Positions 47,958 through 57,279 of a stretch of 64,000 bases of DNA are shown here, in pieces. The DNA lies in NCBI GenBank assembly GCA_043803685.1, contig JAZDJU010000037.1, positions 1 through 64,000 of the forward strand, in the 5' to 3' direction. Position 1 is the first letter of the stretch. Each line of letters opens with the position of its first letter. The notes beneath the pieces were generated by a model, which saw only the letters and a program-made list of their open reading frames with translations, searched no databases and was not told the origin of the DNA. Made by a program: the position numbers and the translations under genes. This DNA is from Candidatus Omnitrophota bacterium. Its GTDB lineage: Bacteria > Omnitrophota > Omnitrophia > Omnitrophales > Aquincolibacteriaceae.

Positions 47958-48841
47958 TTCACGACCCCCAGTTTCTTGAGAACTTCCGCGAGTTTCTTTT
48001 CGTTCTCCGACCGCATTTCACAAAGCGGCATACGGAACTCCGGCTTGAGCTTCCCCATCATCCCGAGCGCGGTCTTCACCGGGATCGGGTTCGTTTCGAT
48101 AAAGAGGGCCTTCGAGATCGGATAAAGTGTCTTGTGGATCGAACGGGCCTCTTCCATATTTCCGTTCAGGGCCGCCGCCACCATGTTCTTCATAAGTCGC
48201 GGCACCACGTTCGCGACAACGGAGATAATGCCGCGCGCGCCGATCGAGATCAGCGGAAAATTCAGCGAGTCTTCGCCCGAAAGCACCGGAAGATCGCAAA
48301 GCTGCATGATCTGCTCAGCCTGGTCCATACTGCCGCTCGCTTCCTTGATGGCGACGATCGTATCGATCTTGGAAAGACGCGCAACGGTCTCCGGAGCCAT
48401 GGAGACCCCTGTGCGACCCGGCACGTTGTAAAGCACCACCGGAATGTCCACCCGGCTCGTCAGATACTGATAGTGGCGGAAAAGACCTTCCTGTGTCGGC
48501 TTATTATAGTAGGGCGTCACAACCAACACGCCGTCCGCCTTGATCTTCTTGGCATGCTGAACGAGGCCGAGAGCTTCGGTCGTGTTGTTCGACCCGCAAC
48601 CGCAAATCACCGGAATGCGGTGATGGACGTAATCCACCACAAAGGACATGGTGGCGCGGTGTTCATCATGCGACATCGTGGCGGATTCTCCGGTCGTGCC
48701 GCAAGGAACGATCACATCGGTCCCTTCCTTCAAATGAAAATCGATCAGTCCTTTGAGCGCCTTCTCGTCCACCTTCCCGTTACGGAACGGCGTGACCAGC
48801 GCGACCATCGAACCTTCAAAAATAGACTTTTTCTTTTTCAT
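47954..48841 (-). CDS. dapA: 4-hydroxy-tetrahydrodipicolinate synthase
   Basis: ALVTPF, GTTGES, PYYNKP, LYNVPGRT, IKEASG, ETNPIPVK. Confidence 0.97.
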   Translation of the reverse strand: MKKKKSIFEGSMVALVTPFRNGKVDEKALKGLIDFHLKEGTDVIVPCGTTGESATMSHDEHRATMSFVVDYVHHRIPVICGCGSNNTTEALGLVQHAKKIKADGVLVVTPYYNKPTQEGLFRHYQYLTSRVDIPVVLYNVPGRTGVSMAPETVARLSKIDTIVAIKEASGSMDQAEQIMQLCDLPVLSGEDSLNFPLISIGARGIISVVANVVPRLMKNMVAAALNGNMEEARSIHKTLYPISKALFIETNPIPVKTALGMMGKLKPEFRMPLCEMRSENEKKLAEVLKKLGVVK

Positions 48842-49650
48842 AAAAAATATTCCCCTTTGTAAACGAATTGGACTTTGCCTTCCAAAAAGACCTTCGCAAC
48901 TTCATCCCCTTTTTTCTGGATATCGATCCGGAGCTTTTCACCGCCCCGCGTCAGAACGCTCACCGGGGAATGGACATGTCCCTTGAGAACGCTTATGACC
49001 GCCGACGCCGTGGACCCGGTTCCACACGCGAGCGTTTCATTCTCCACGCCGCGCTCGTAGGTCCGGACCGCGATCTCTTTCTTGCTCCTCACTTCCACAA
49101 AATTCACGTTCGTTCCGAACGGCTGAAAACGCGCATGGCCTCTGACAGCTTTGCCGATCTCGAACACATCGACCTTCTCCAGATCCTCCGAAAAGATCAC
49201 GACATGCGGAACGCCGGTATCGAGAAAAGCATAAGATAGACGACGCTTGTCCGCCTCCAGAATCCCTTCCATTTCAAAAATACGCGGCTGGACGAGCTGG
49301 ACCCTGACACTGTCCTTGGACCCCACCTCTGCCTCGATCGGCCCGGATCCAGACTCAAAATGCATGCGTGAAGAATATTTCAAAACATCGTGGGCGTAGC
49401 GCGCGATGCAACGGAACCCGTTCCCGCACGCCGAGGCCTCGGAACCGTCAGGATTCAGGATCCGCATCTTGAAATTCGTCTTCTTGGAATTCTCGAAAAG
49501 CAGGAGTCCGTCCGCGCCAACGCCCTGATGCAAGCGACAGATCCTCCTCGCGAACGCGACAGGGTCCTTTACTGCCTTGCGGCGGTTGTCCACCACCACA
49601 AAGTCGTTCCCTGAAGCAACCATCTTATAGAAAGGAATAGAGTTTCTCAT
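48838..49650 (-). CDS. dapF: Diaminopimelate epimerase
   Basis: GNDF, GADG, NPDGSEA.ACGNG, GVPH, NVNF, RTYERGVE.ETLACGTG. Confidence 0.97.
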   Translation of the reverse strand: MRNSIPFYKMVASGNDFVVVDNRRKAVKDPVAFARRICRLHQGVGADGLLLFENSKKTNFKMRILNPDGSEASACGNGFRCIARYAHDVLKYSSRMHFESGSGPIEAEVGSKDSVRVQLVQPRIFEMEGILEADKRRLSYAFLDTGVPHVVIFSEDLEKVDVFEIGKAVRGHARFQPFGTNVNFVEVRSKKEIAVRTYERGVENETLACGTGSTASAVISVLKGHVHSPVSVLTRGGEKLRIDIQKKGDEVAKVFLEGKVQFVYKGEYFL

Positions 49651-49816
49651 AGTCCCAATACATTTCAATTTCCGCAAAGCGGTCCCAATACCTATCAATC
49701 ACAGCCAAGCTGTGATTGGGGCCGTCCTGACTACCCTATATCAAAAGAAAACAAAAGTCAGGACGGAAATTGGGGCAATCCCAACTACCCTTTATGAAAA
49801 AATAAAAAGTTGGGAT
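49651..49816. repeat. Cluster of nested bulged palindromes upstream of dapF
   Basis: Outer GTCCCAATA..TCAATTTCCG...CGGAAATTGGGGC encloses a second GTCCCAATA..TCAATCACAGC/GCTGTGATTGGGGC and GTCCTGACT/AGTCAGGAC; followed by ATCCCAACT/AGTTGGGAT. Confidence 0.75.
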
Positions 49817-49919
49817 GGGTAAATGCATACCAAGCTTTCAGTTGCAAGCGAATGCATTGTATCAAAAAATCACCCTAGGGGGAACGGGAAACGGGGCACG
49901 CCCAACGGATCGTTCTCCG

Positions 49920-51101
49920 TTATACGAGTATTATTTTAGCCGGTTCAAAGCCGTTGAAATTGGGGACGGCGCTGGCCGAGGAATAGGCTCCAATGCTCTT
50001 GGCGTACACCACGTCACCGGCGTAGAGCTCCGGAAGTTCTTCGTTATTGGAAAGAATATCAAAGGAATCGCAGGTCGGACCGGCAAGCGTACTCTTGTAC
50101 TTAGCTCCGCGACGCAGGGTCTTGAACTCGTACTTGCAGTGGTCAAAGACCATCCCCGAGAAATCCTGGTAGACGCCGTCGTTCAGATAATAAAAGTTCT
50201 GGTTGTCCCGGAACGCGCGACCGATCACCTGAGTCACAAGGATCCCCGCGGGTCCCGCGAAAAAGCGCCCCGGCTCGGCGATGAATTCTGTCTGCTTGGA
50301 AAAGAGTGCCTTCATTTGCTTCCGGATCTCAGCGGCCATACGCTCGAAGTTGATGCCGATCTCGTTCTCAAAATGCTGGATCGGGAATCCGCCACCGATA
50401 TCGACGGTCTTAAGCGGCATGTCGTTCTCTTTCGCTTCGCGGAAAATGTTCGCCGTAAGCTCGAGCGCCTGCAGATAATTCTCAACGTTCGTGGATTGCG
50501 ACCCAACATGGAAGCTCACGCCCCGAGGCACGAGTCCGAGGGTCTTGGCTTTCCGCAAAAGATAGAACGCCTGGTCCGGCTCCGCGCCGAATTTAAGCGA
50601 CAACTGCACCACGCTCCCCCGATTCGCGACCTTGATCCGGACGATCACGTGTGCCTTCGGGAAATTCTCCGCGATCTTGTAAAGCTCAGCCTCGTTGTCG
50701 AAGGTCATAAGCTTGACCCCGCGGCGACGGGCGGTGATGAGATCTTCCTTGGATTTGATGGTGTTTGCAAAAATAATGCGGCCCGGAGCAACGTCGTGCT
50801 TCAGGACGGATTTCATTTCCGCGGCGCTGGCCACGTCGAAATTCGCGCCAAGCTCCGCGAAGGTCTTCACGATCTTCGGGTGAGGGTTGGCCTTGATCGC
50901 GTAATAAGGCGTGACCTCGGGGAACGCTTTTGTGAAACGGGCAAATTGCTTTTCCAGCACGCTCTTGCGGATCAGCATAAAGGGTGTCTTATGCTTTTTG
51001 AGCATCGTGCGAATGAGATTCTCGACTCCCGAACCCTCGACGGGTTTTGCGGGCTTGAGAGTGACGGGCGAATTTCCGTTCAATAACGGAAGTTGTGTCA
51101 T
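49920..51101 (-). CDS. Ornithine (lysine/ornithine) decarboxylase, fold type III PLP enzyme
   Basis: PYYAIKAN, FDVAS, KFGA, SFHVGSQ, DIGGGF, AEPGR, GPTCDSFD, GAYS. Confidence 0.92.
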   Translation of the reverse strand: MTQLPLLNGNSPVTLKPAKPVEGSGVENLIRTMLKKHKTPFMLIRKSVLEKQFARFTKAFPEVTPYYAIKANPHPKIVKTFAELGANFDVASAAEMKSVLKHDVAPGRIIFANTIKSKEDLITARRRGVKLMTFDNEAELYKIAENFPKAHVIVRIKVANRGSVVQLSLKFGAEPDQAFYLLRKAKTLGLVPRGVSFHVGSQSTNVENYLQALELTANIFREAKENDMPLKTVDIGGGFPIQHFENEIGINFERMAAEIRKQMKALFSKQTEFIAEPGRFFAGPAGILVTQVIGRAFRDNQNFYYLNDGVYQDFSGMVFDHCKYEFKTLRRGAKYKSTLAGPTCDSFDILSNNEELPELYAGDVVYAKSIGAYSSASAVPNFNGFEPAKIILV

Positions 51102-51107
51102 CAGGCG

Positions 51108-52616
51108 TTACACCCTTTCGTTCACAAGGAACGAGTTGAACTGCCAAAGCTCCTCTTGGCCTGGAGCCTTGGCGCCAAATTTCAAGTACTTCGTATTGAG
51201 ATTCTGAAGCGGCGTCCAGTCCGACGGAATGGAAACAAAAGGAACAAGGTACGGGACCGCGAATTTCAGGATGAATTCGTGATCGATGTCGTCGGGGAGC
51301 AGGAACCCTTCCTTGGGATTCTGGATCATCCAGAGCGCCGCGGCGACGACAGAGACAGCGACCTGAAGCGTGGTGGCCTGCTGATGCGCCACAAGCTTCC
51401 GCGTCGTGTGGATATCAAGGAGCGACCCGCACCACCAGGACTTGAAATCATGCCCCATGAGAAGCACTCCAAGCTCGTCACGGCCGTCTGTGATGTCATC
51501 GGAAAGAATGCGCTGATTTTCCTGCATCTTGTACTGCCGCATCCGGAGCTCGTGAAGCGAATTGATCGCGGAGTCCGAAGGACAATACGCGTAATGAACG
51601 GTCGGACGATAAACAGCCTCCCCATTCTTCCAGACCGTCAACCGGTCGGAAAGACTGTACGCCTCACCATGGCGAATCACCATGCCATTGATCTCGCCGC
51701 ACGGTACCCAGGACCGGACGAGCGTGTTCATGCCGAGCGTTCCAAGACAGATCTGGTTCTTCGGACCTTCCTTATGTTCGTAACCGTCCTTGGGCAACTT
51801 CTTCTCGTGCGTCCCCCAGCCAAGCTCCGCTGGCGCCACGCCTTCTTCATAGAAACCTTCGATCGACCACGTGTTCACGAATTCGTTAACCTGCTTGGGA
51901 ACGTCCGTGACCTGCGTGTCACGCTCGCTGATATGGATCACCTTGACGCCGGTGAGCTGCGCAAGCTTCGGAAAATCCCGTGAAAGAAGAGCCGCCTCAA
52001 GCGACTTGCGGCGCGGGTCCCGGGATTTTTCCTTAAGGATCTTTTTCGTAATATCGATCAGGGCCTTTTTCGTAAAATGCGACACAAGCCCGGGATTCGC
52101 ACCATGGTCCACGATCGCGGTGGCCCCTTTGACGCCCTTCCAGTGTTTTGCCATCTTCTTGCGAAGCATCATGTGACGGGCGTAAAGCGTGTACTTCGTC
52201 GGATCCGTGCGTTTCTCGTCCCCGTAAGGGTCCCATTCCTCGATCGAGGTGTTCACATAAAGCACCTCGTTCGTACGGCACCAGTCGAGCATCTCCCAAC
52301 AATGAATGTTCCAGGCAAGATCGATGATCATGTCCCCCGGACCGACGTACTTGGCGAGAAGTTTTTTATAATTGTCCTGAGTCACTTTGTCAAAAACATA
52401 CTTCACGCCGCGCTTCAGGGCGTCCTGTACCCGGGGACGGTTGTCCACAAAATCCATGATCGTGATCTTCGAAGCTGGCATATCGAAGTGTCGCAGGACG
52501 AGCGGGACCGTACACTGCGCGACACCGCCGCAGCCGATCATGAGGAGCCTGCCGCCAAACTTCACTTTCGTTTTCGGAATGACCGCCTTGACCTTCGGGT
52601 ATTTAAATCCGCTCAT
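51108..52616 (-). CDS. hss: Homospermidine synthase
   Basis: IGCGGV, HGANPGLVSHF, IHISERDTQ, EFVNTWS.EG, PAELGWG, YRPTVHYAYCP, ATTLQVA. Confidence 0.95.
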   Translation of the reverse strand: MSGFKYPKVKAVIPKTKVKFGGRLLMIGCGGVAQCTVPLVLRHFDMPASKITIMDFVDNRPRVQDALKRGVKYVFDKVTQDNYKKLLAKYVGPGDMIIDLAWNIHCWEMLDWCRTNEVLYVNTSIEEWDPYGDEKRTDPTKYTLYARHMMLRKKMAKHWKGVKGATAIVDHGANPGLVSHFTKKALIDITKKILKEKSRDPRRKSLEAALLSRDFPKLAQLTGVKVIHISERDTQVTDVPKQVNEFVNTWSIEGFYEEGVAPAELGWGTHEKKLPKDGYEHKEGPKNQICLGTLGMNTLVRSWVPCGEINGMVIRHGEAYSLSDRLTVWKNGEAVYRPTVHYAYCPSDSAINSLHELRMRQYKMQENQRILSDDITDGRDELGVLLMGHDFKSWWCGSLLDIHTTRKLVAHQQATTLQVAVSVVAAALWMIQNPKEGFLLPDDIDHEFILKFAVPYLVPFVSIPSDWTPLQNLNTKYLKFGAKAPGQEELWQFNSFLVNERV

Positions 52617-52646
52617 GTTCTTCTTTTTCTCCGACTCTAAGTTAAG

Positions 52647-52681
52647 AGGGACAGGCTGCTTTTAAAAAGCTACCTGTCCCT
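52647..52681. repeat. GGGACAG-family palindrome, copy 3
   Basis: AGGGACAGG..GCTTTT-a-AAAAGC..CCTGTCCCT in the hss leader. Confidence 0.65.
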
Positions 52682-52714
52682 TGGAACGCTTTGAAATAAG
52701 ACAGCAGGGCACGA

Positions 52715-52743
52715 ATACTACATCAAAACATTTTCCCCATCAA
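52715..52743 (-). promoter_or_regulatory. Putative sigma70 promoter for hss-decarboxylase
   Basis: TTGATG-17 nt-TAGTAT. Confidence 0.45.
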
Positions 52744-52791
52744 GAAATACCCTGAGCGAACAGGGAAGTCTAAACCTGGAACCCCCTAAGA

Positions 52792-54387
52792 TTACGACAC
52801 CACCTTGATCGTCCGGATCTCATTCGTGTAACCGTCGGAAGCCAGCCCGTATTCCACCTCGATCGTATCGCCTTGGATCCAGCTCAAATTCGTAGAGCTT
52901 CCGTCCTTATCCCTGATCATAGCGTCAGGCGCGACCCAAAAGAAAAACTGCCTTCCCACCCGGTCCCGGAGCGTCAACTTCTGGACCTTTTTCCCCGCGT
53001 TATCTCCCGTTATCACCGAATCGACTTTGCCCACAAGGACCTCGAGTTTTCCCGCAGGGCCGGTTCCCTTGTGATATTGCTCACTCATCATTTTTCCTGA
53101 TTCGGAAAACTCCCGGGAGAACCCCCGCAGCTGCCCTTGATCGTAATTCTTAAAACCTTTGAGTGGCCCTGACTCATAATAGAACTTGACCGTACCGTTA
53201 AGCTTTCCTTTTTCATAGTACTCCTCTTGCTTGATCGTTCCGCTTGGATAATATCTCTTCAGCTTTCCCGAGAGATCCCCATTAAAGTAATCCGCTTCGG
53301 TCTCCGGCGTCCCTGTCTCATAACAATCCTTAGACACGCCGCTAAGCAATCCGCTCTTATAAGGCTTCTCGCTCTTTAATTTTCCCGTCTCGTAATATTC
53401 CTTGGCAGTACCCTCGAGCGTTCCTTCTTTATAAATCGCTTCGCTTAACAAGGTTCCCTTTTCGGAATATTTCTTAAGCGATCCCTGGAGCTCTCCGTTC
53501 AGGTAATAAGCCTCGGTCTTCAAGACCCCTGACTCATGATATTCCTTCAAGAGACCCTGAAGCTTTCCGCCCCAGTAAACCTTCTCGCACTTAAATTTTC
53601 CCGTCTCATAATATTCTTTGACCGGTCCCTCTAGCACCCCGGCCTTGTAAGTCGCCTCGCTTTGCAATTTTCTTTTTTCATAATATCTCTTAAACGTGCC
53701 CGAGAGCTGATCGTTGGCGTAGGTAGCCTCGATCGCCACTTGTCCCGATTCATTATATTCCCTGGCGGAACCCGAGAGTTTTCCACCTCTGTAAATTTTC
53801 TCGCTCTTTAATTTCCCCGTCTCGTAATATTCCTTGGCCGTACCCTCCCGTTTTCCGTCCCTGTAAACCTCTTCCGACTTCAACCGCCCATTTTCGTGAT
53901 ACCCCTTCACCACCCCATCGAGCTCCCCGTTCTTGTGGAACTTCTCGCACATCAGATTCCCGGACATGTAATATTCCTTCGCGGGGCCGTGAAACTTCCG
54001 GCCCTGATAAGCGACCTCGCTTTTCATTTTTTTATTCACGTAATATTCTTTAAGTAACGCCATACGTTCCAACTCGAAAATGGCCTCGCTCTTGATAAAC
54101 CCGTTCTCGTAATACAGCTTCTTCTTCACAAGCTTGCCGTCGCTATAGAATTCCTCTTTTTTTATTTTGGCAGGGCCCACCTCGGGCTTGGGGAAATACT
54201 CCTCGGTCCTTTCAAGGTAAACATCAACGAAATATTTGACCAACCGCTTCTCCCCATTAGGGAAATATTCCACTTCCATACTCCGGTCTTCCTTCACCGC
54301 CCCGTAGACGAGAGCGCTTAAAGCCCCTGTCGAAACGAGAAGCGCCGCCAGTAAGCCGCTTATCCAAATTCTTTTTTTAACGATCAT
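52792..54387 (-). CDS. Exported MORN-variant (YwqK-like) repeat protein with a small C-terminal beta domain
   Basis: Signal/TM segment; many 24-aa repeats of the form G..KEYYE.G.LKSE..Y..G.L. Confidence 0.9.
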   Translation of the reverse strand: MIVKKRIWISGLLAALLVSTGALSALVYGAVKEDRSMEVEYFPNGEKRLVKYFVDVYLERTEEYFPKPEVGPAKIKKEEFYSDGKLVKKKLYYENGFIKSEAIFELERMALLKEYYVNKKMKSEVAYQGRKFHGPAKEYYMSGNLMCEKFHKNGELDGVVKGYHENGRLKSEEVYRDGKREGTAKEYYETGKLKSEKIYRGGKLSGSAREYNESGQVAIEATYANDQLSGTFKRYYEKRKLQSEATYKAGVLEGPVKEYYETGKFKCEKVYWGGKLQGLLKEYHESGVLKTEAYYLNGELQGSLKKYSEKGTLLSEAIYKEGTLEGTAKEYYETGKLKSEKPYKSGLLSGVSKDCYETGTPETEADYFNGDLSGKLKRYYPSGTIKQEEYYEKGKLNGTVKFYYESGPLKGFKNYDQGQLRGFSREFSESGKMMSEQYHKGTGPAGKLEVLVGKVDSVITGDNAGKKVQKLTLRDRVGRQFFFWVAPDAMIRDKDGSSTNLSWIQGDTIEVEYGLASDGYTNEIRTIKVVS

Positions 54388-54445
54388 AAAAACCTCCTCT
54401 TTTCATCGTAGGCTGTAGCCATCGTCGTGGCCCGTGGCACGCGGC

Positions 54446-55147
54446 TCACTTTTCTTCTAACCACTCCACCTTGCCGGTCTTAATATCGTAGAGTGCGGGA
54501 ACGATCTTGAGCGCGCCTTGATCGGCTAAGTCCTTGATCACGGGGCTCCCAGACCGGAGGTCCCTTTCCACCTGGAACGCGTTCCGCTTCGCGACCTCGT
54601 CCGTCAGTGCAGCATCCTTCAGGTCCGGAAATTCCAGCATCACTTGCTTCACGACCGATTTGAACTGTTCCTGGATATCGGCGAGACTTCCCTCAAGTTT
54701 CTCCCCCGAGACGGCGGCCCCGGCCACGCCGCATTGCGTGTGACTCAGGATCACCAGAAGCGGCACGTGCAAATGCCCCGCCGCGTACTCCAGAGAACCG
54801 ATCACGCTGCTATCCACGGCAATGTTCCCCGCGACCCGCACCGTAAAAATATCCCCGATCCCCCGGTCAAAGATCATTTCCACCGGCACCCTCGAATCCG
54901 AGCACCCGATCACGACCGCGAACGGCTTCTGCCCGTAGAAGGCAGTCTCTTCCCGCCTCGCGCTATTCTCGTCAGGATGCTCCATCTTCATATCCACGAA
55001 GCGGGCGTTGCCTTCCTTGAGAAGTGCAAGAACATCGTCCGCCGTCCGTTCTCCCCCCTCCTCAGCCGCGAACCCTGGCCCGATGCTTGCAACCCAACCT
55101 GTCATCAACGCGATAAAAAAAAGTGTTTTGATTTTTTTCATCTTCAT
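54446..55147 (-). CDS. Exported beta-class carbonic anhydrase
   Basis: Signal peptide MKMKKIKTLFF; GNARF, CSDSRV, RVAGN, GSLEYA, HTQCG. Confidence 0.94.
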   Translation of the reverse strand: MKMKKIKTLFFIALMTGWVASIGPGFAAEEGGERTADDVLALLKEGNARFVDMKMEHPDENSARREETAFYGQKPFAVVIGCSDSRVPVEMIFDRGIGDIFTVRVAGNIAVDSSVIGSLEYAAGHLHVPLLVILSHTQCGVAGAAVSGEKLEGSLADIQEQFKSVVKQVMLEFPDLKDAALTDEVAKRNAFQVERDLRSGSPVIKDLADQGALKIVPALYDIKTGKVEWLEEK

Positions 55148-55421
55148 AAGTTTTTCATACCCGTAAAAATCTGAAGGATACCGTTCAGCGTTTCTCTCCT
55201 TGAGCTGACCGATCCCGATCTTCACGTCAATTTTGAAGCGTCTGATCTCCATAGTCAAGCCCGACGGACGACGATAAACTCTTGCGGGGGTCTTCACTCG
55301 TGGTCCATGGATCGTAGAACGGGAAGGGCGACACACGAAAGACGGCCGTAAACCCCACCCACCTAGATCTCAGATTAAGACTAGGGTCTATCGGCTGCTT
55401 ATTATTTTTACTTCGGAGAAA

Positions 55422-56585
55422 CTACTTAAAAATCGAAGCAATCCGTTGGACGGCGGTTTCGATGTCTTTTTCGGAGGTGGCGTAGCTCATGCGGATATGC
55501 TGGGCGCTGCCGAAAGGCTCACAGGGGATGACGGCTACGTGGACTTCGTCGAGAAGTTTCTTTGCGACCTCAAGGCCGCTTAAGCCCGTCGCGCGGATAT
55601 CCACAAAAAGATAGAAAGCTCCGTTCGGTTTGAACGGCTTGAAGGACTTCACGACTTTCAGTTTCTCGATAAAAAGGTCACGGCGCTTCTGGAACACGGC
55701 GCACATCTTCTGGGCTTCCGCATCCCCCTGGTCCAGGGCGACCACGCCGCCGGGCTGCGTGAAAGAGACCGGGTTCGACGTCGAATGACTCTGGATGCTC
55801 TCGACAGCCTTGGCGAGGGCCTTTTCCGGGATCGCGGCATAGCCCAAACGCCAGCCGGTCATCGCATAGGCCTTGCTGTGTCCGTTCACGATCACGGTGC
55901 GCTTGGCGATCTCGGGATCCACCGACGCGATCGAAGCGTGCTTCCGGCCGTCAAAAACAAGTTTCTCGTAGATCTCATCACTTAAGACGGTCACGTTCGG
56001 GAATTTTTTGAGCACCACACAAAGCGCCGCGAGCTCCTCCGCGGAATAGATCGCCCCAGTGGGATTCGACGGCGAGTTCAGGATCAGGACCTTGGACTTC
56101 GGCGTAAGCGCCTTCGCGAGCACGTCGGGGGTGATCTTGAAATCCGTTTTTTCCGTCGCAGGAAGAAAAACATTCGTGCCGCCGAGCACGGTCACCATTT
56201 CGGGATAGCTCAACCAGTAAGGCACAGGGATGAGGACTTCATCGCCGGGATTCAGGAGCGCGAAAAGTACATTGAAGATCACGTGCTTGGCGCCGCAGCC
56301 GACCACAATCTGGTCAGGGGAAAAATCAAGCCCCTGGTCGCGTTTTAGTTTGCGGCAGATGGCCTGTCGAAGTTCGAGGATCCCAGAAACGGGCGTGTAT
56401 TTGGTATTGCCCTTCTTCAGGGACTCGATACAGGCGTCTTTGATAAAGGAAGGAGTGTCAAAGTCCGGCTCGCCGGCGGAAAGGGAGATTACGTCGATCC
56501 CCTGCGCCTTCATGGCTTTCGCCTTAGCCGCGATCTCGAGCGTGACCGATGGTTTTACCGCTTGGACTTTGCTAGAGAGTTCCAT
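55422..56585 (-). CDS. Class I PLP aminotransferase (aspartate aminotransferase-like)
   Basis: GEPDF, NSPSNPTG, SDEIY, SKAYAMTGWRLGY, RMSYA. Confidence 0.93.
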   Translation of the reverse strand: MELSSKVQAVKPSVTLEIAAKAKAMKAQGIDVISLSAGEPDFDTPSFIKDACIESLKKGNTKYTPVSGILELRQAICRKLKRDQGLDFSPDQIVVGCGAKHVIFNVLFALLNPGDEVLIPVPYWLSYPEMVTVLGGTNVFLPATEKTDFKITPDVLAKALTPKSKVLILNSPSNPTGAIYSAEELAALCVVLKKFPNVTVLSDEIYEKLVFDGRKHASIASVDPEIAKRTVIVNGHSKAYAMTGWRLGYAAIPEKALAKAVESIQSHSTSNPVSFTQPGGVVALDQGDAEAQKMCAVFQKRRDLFIEKLKVVKSFKPFKPNGAFYLFVDIRATGLSGLEVAKKLLDEVHVAVIPCEPFGSAQHIRMSYATSEKDIETAVQRIASIFK

Positions 56586-56589
56586 ATTT

Positions 56590-56686
56590 ACCCCGTTAGA
56601 GATAAGGAGCGCTTTTTCAAGCGCTCCTGTGAAACATTTTCAATATAATCAAAACTAGAGGCTTTAGCCCTGAGCTCTAACGGGGC
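56590..56686. mobile_element. MITE-like ~100-bp element with terminal inverted repeats, copy 3
   Basis: CCCCGTTAGAG (56591-56601) / CTCTAACGGGG (56675-56685); internal AGGAGCGCTT/AAGCGCTCCT hairpin. Confidence 0.6.
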
Positions 56687-56691
56687 AAGTT

Positions 56692-57267
56692 CTAGTTCTC
56701 GTCGCCCTTGAGAAATTTCCGGAGCTTCCCGAGGAATCCGCCTTTTTTCTCGGCGTCTTTCTTTTCTTCGACCTTCAGCGTCTCGGCTTCTTTCTCTTTT
56801 TTCAAGTCCGAAGCCTTGGCTTTGGGTGATTCTTTTTCCGGGGCTTTTTCAGCTGATTTTTCCGCGGGCTTTGCGGCTTTTTTCTTCTTCGTTTTTTTGG
56901 CGGGCGCCTCGAATACAGCGGTCCATTCCAAAAGAGCCATCTGCGCGCCGTCCCCGGCACGATAGCCTAAGCGAAGGACGCGGGTGTAGCCGCCTTCGCG
57001 TCCCTTGAAAAGCGGAGCGATCTTCGTGATCAGAATGTTCGCGATCTCCGGGTCCCGGACCTTGGTGATCAAAAGACGGCGGGCATGAATTCCGTCCCGC
57101 TTTGCGATCGTGATCATCTTGTCCGCGAACGCGCTGGTCTCTTTGGCCTTGGCATGCGTCGTCTCGATGCGTTTCTTTAAAACGAGCGCGCGCACAAGAT
57201 TCCTGAGCTTCGCGGTGCGATGAGCGGTCACTACTCCTAATGTTCTTCTGCGGCGTTGATGGCGCAT
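56692..57267 (-). CDS. rplQ: 50S ribosomal protein L17 with C-terminal extension
   Basis: MRH...IETT.AKAK...REGGYTRV...R.GDGA.MA; follows rpoA. Confidence 0.97.
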   Translation of the reverse strand: MRHQRRRRTLGVVTAHRTAKLRNLVRALVLKKRIETTHAKAKETSAFADKMITIAKRDGIHARRLLITKVRDPEIANILITKIAPLFKGREGGYTRVLRLGYRAGDGAQMALLEWTAVFEAPAKKTKKKKAAKPAEKSAEKAPEKESPKAKASDLKKEKEAETLKVEEKKDAEKKGGFLGKLRKFLKGDEN

Positions 57268-57279
57268 GTTAGATCCTTA

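Noticed and set aside
49651..49816. CRISPR mini-array or canonical lysine riboswitch
   Set aside because: Units are nested palindromes, not identical direct repeats with spacers. There are no cas genes, and lysine-riboswitch conserved motifs were not recognised.
52792..54387. Toxin-antitoxin system or DGR target
   Set aside because: MORN-variant repeats alone are not evidence. There is no adjacent toxin, reverse transcriptase or template/variable repeat pair.
55422..56585. LL-diaminopimelate aminotransferase (dapL) assignment
   Set aside because: Motifs fit the general aspartate-aminotransferase-like group; dapL-specific features were not recognised and the gene is not adjacent to the dap genes.
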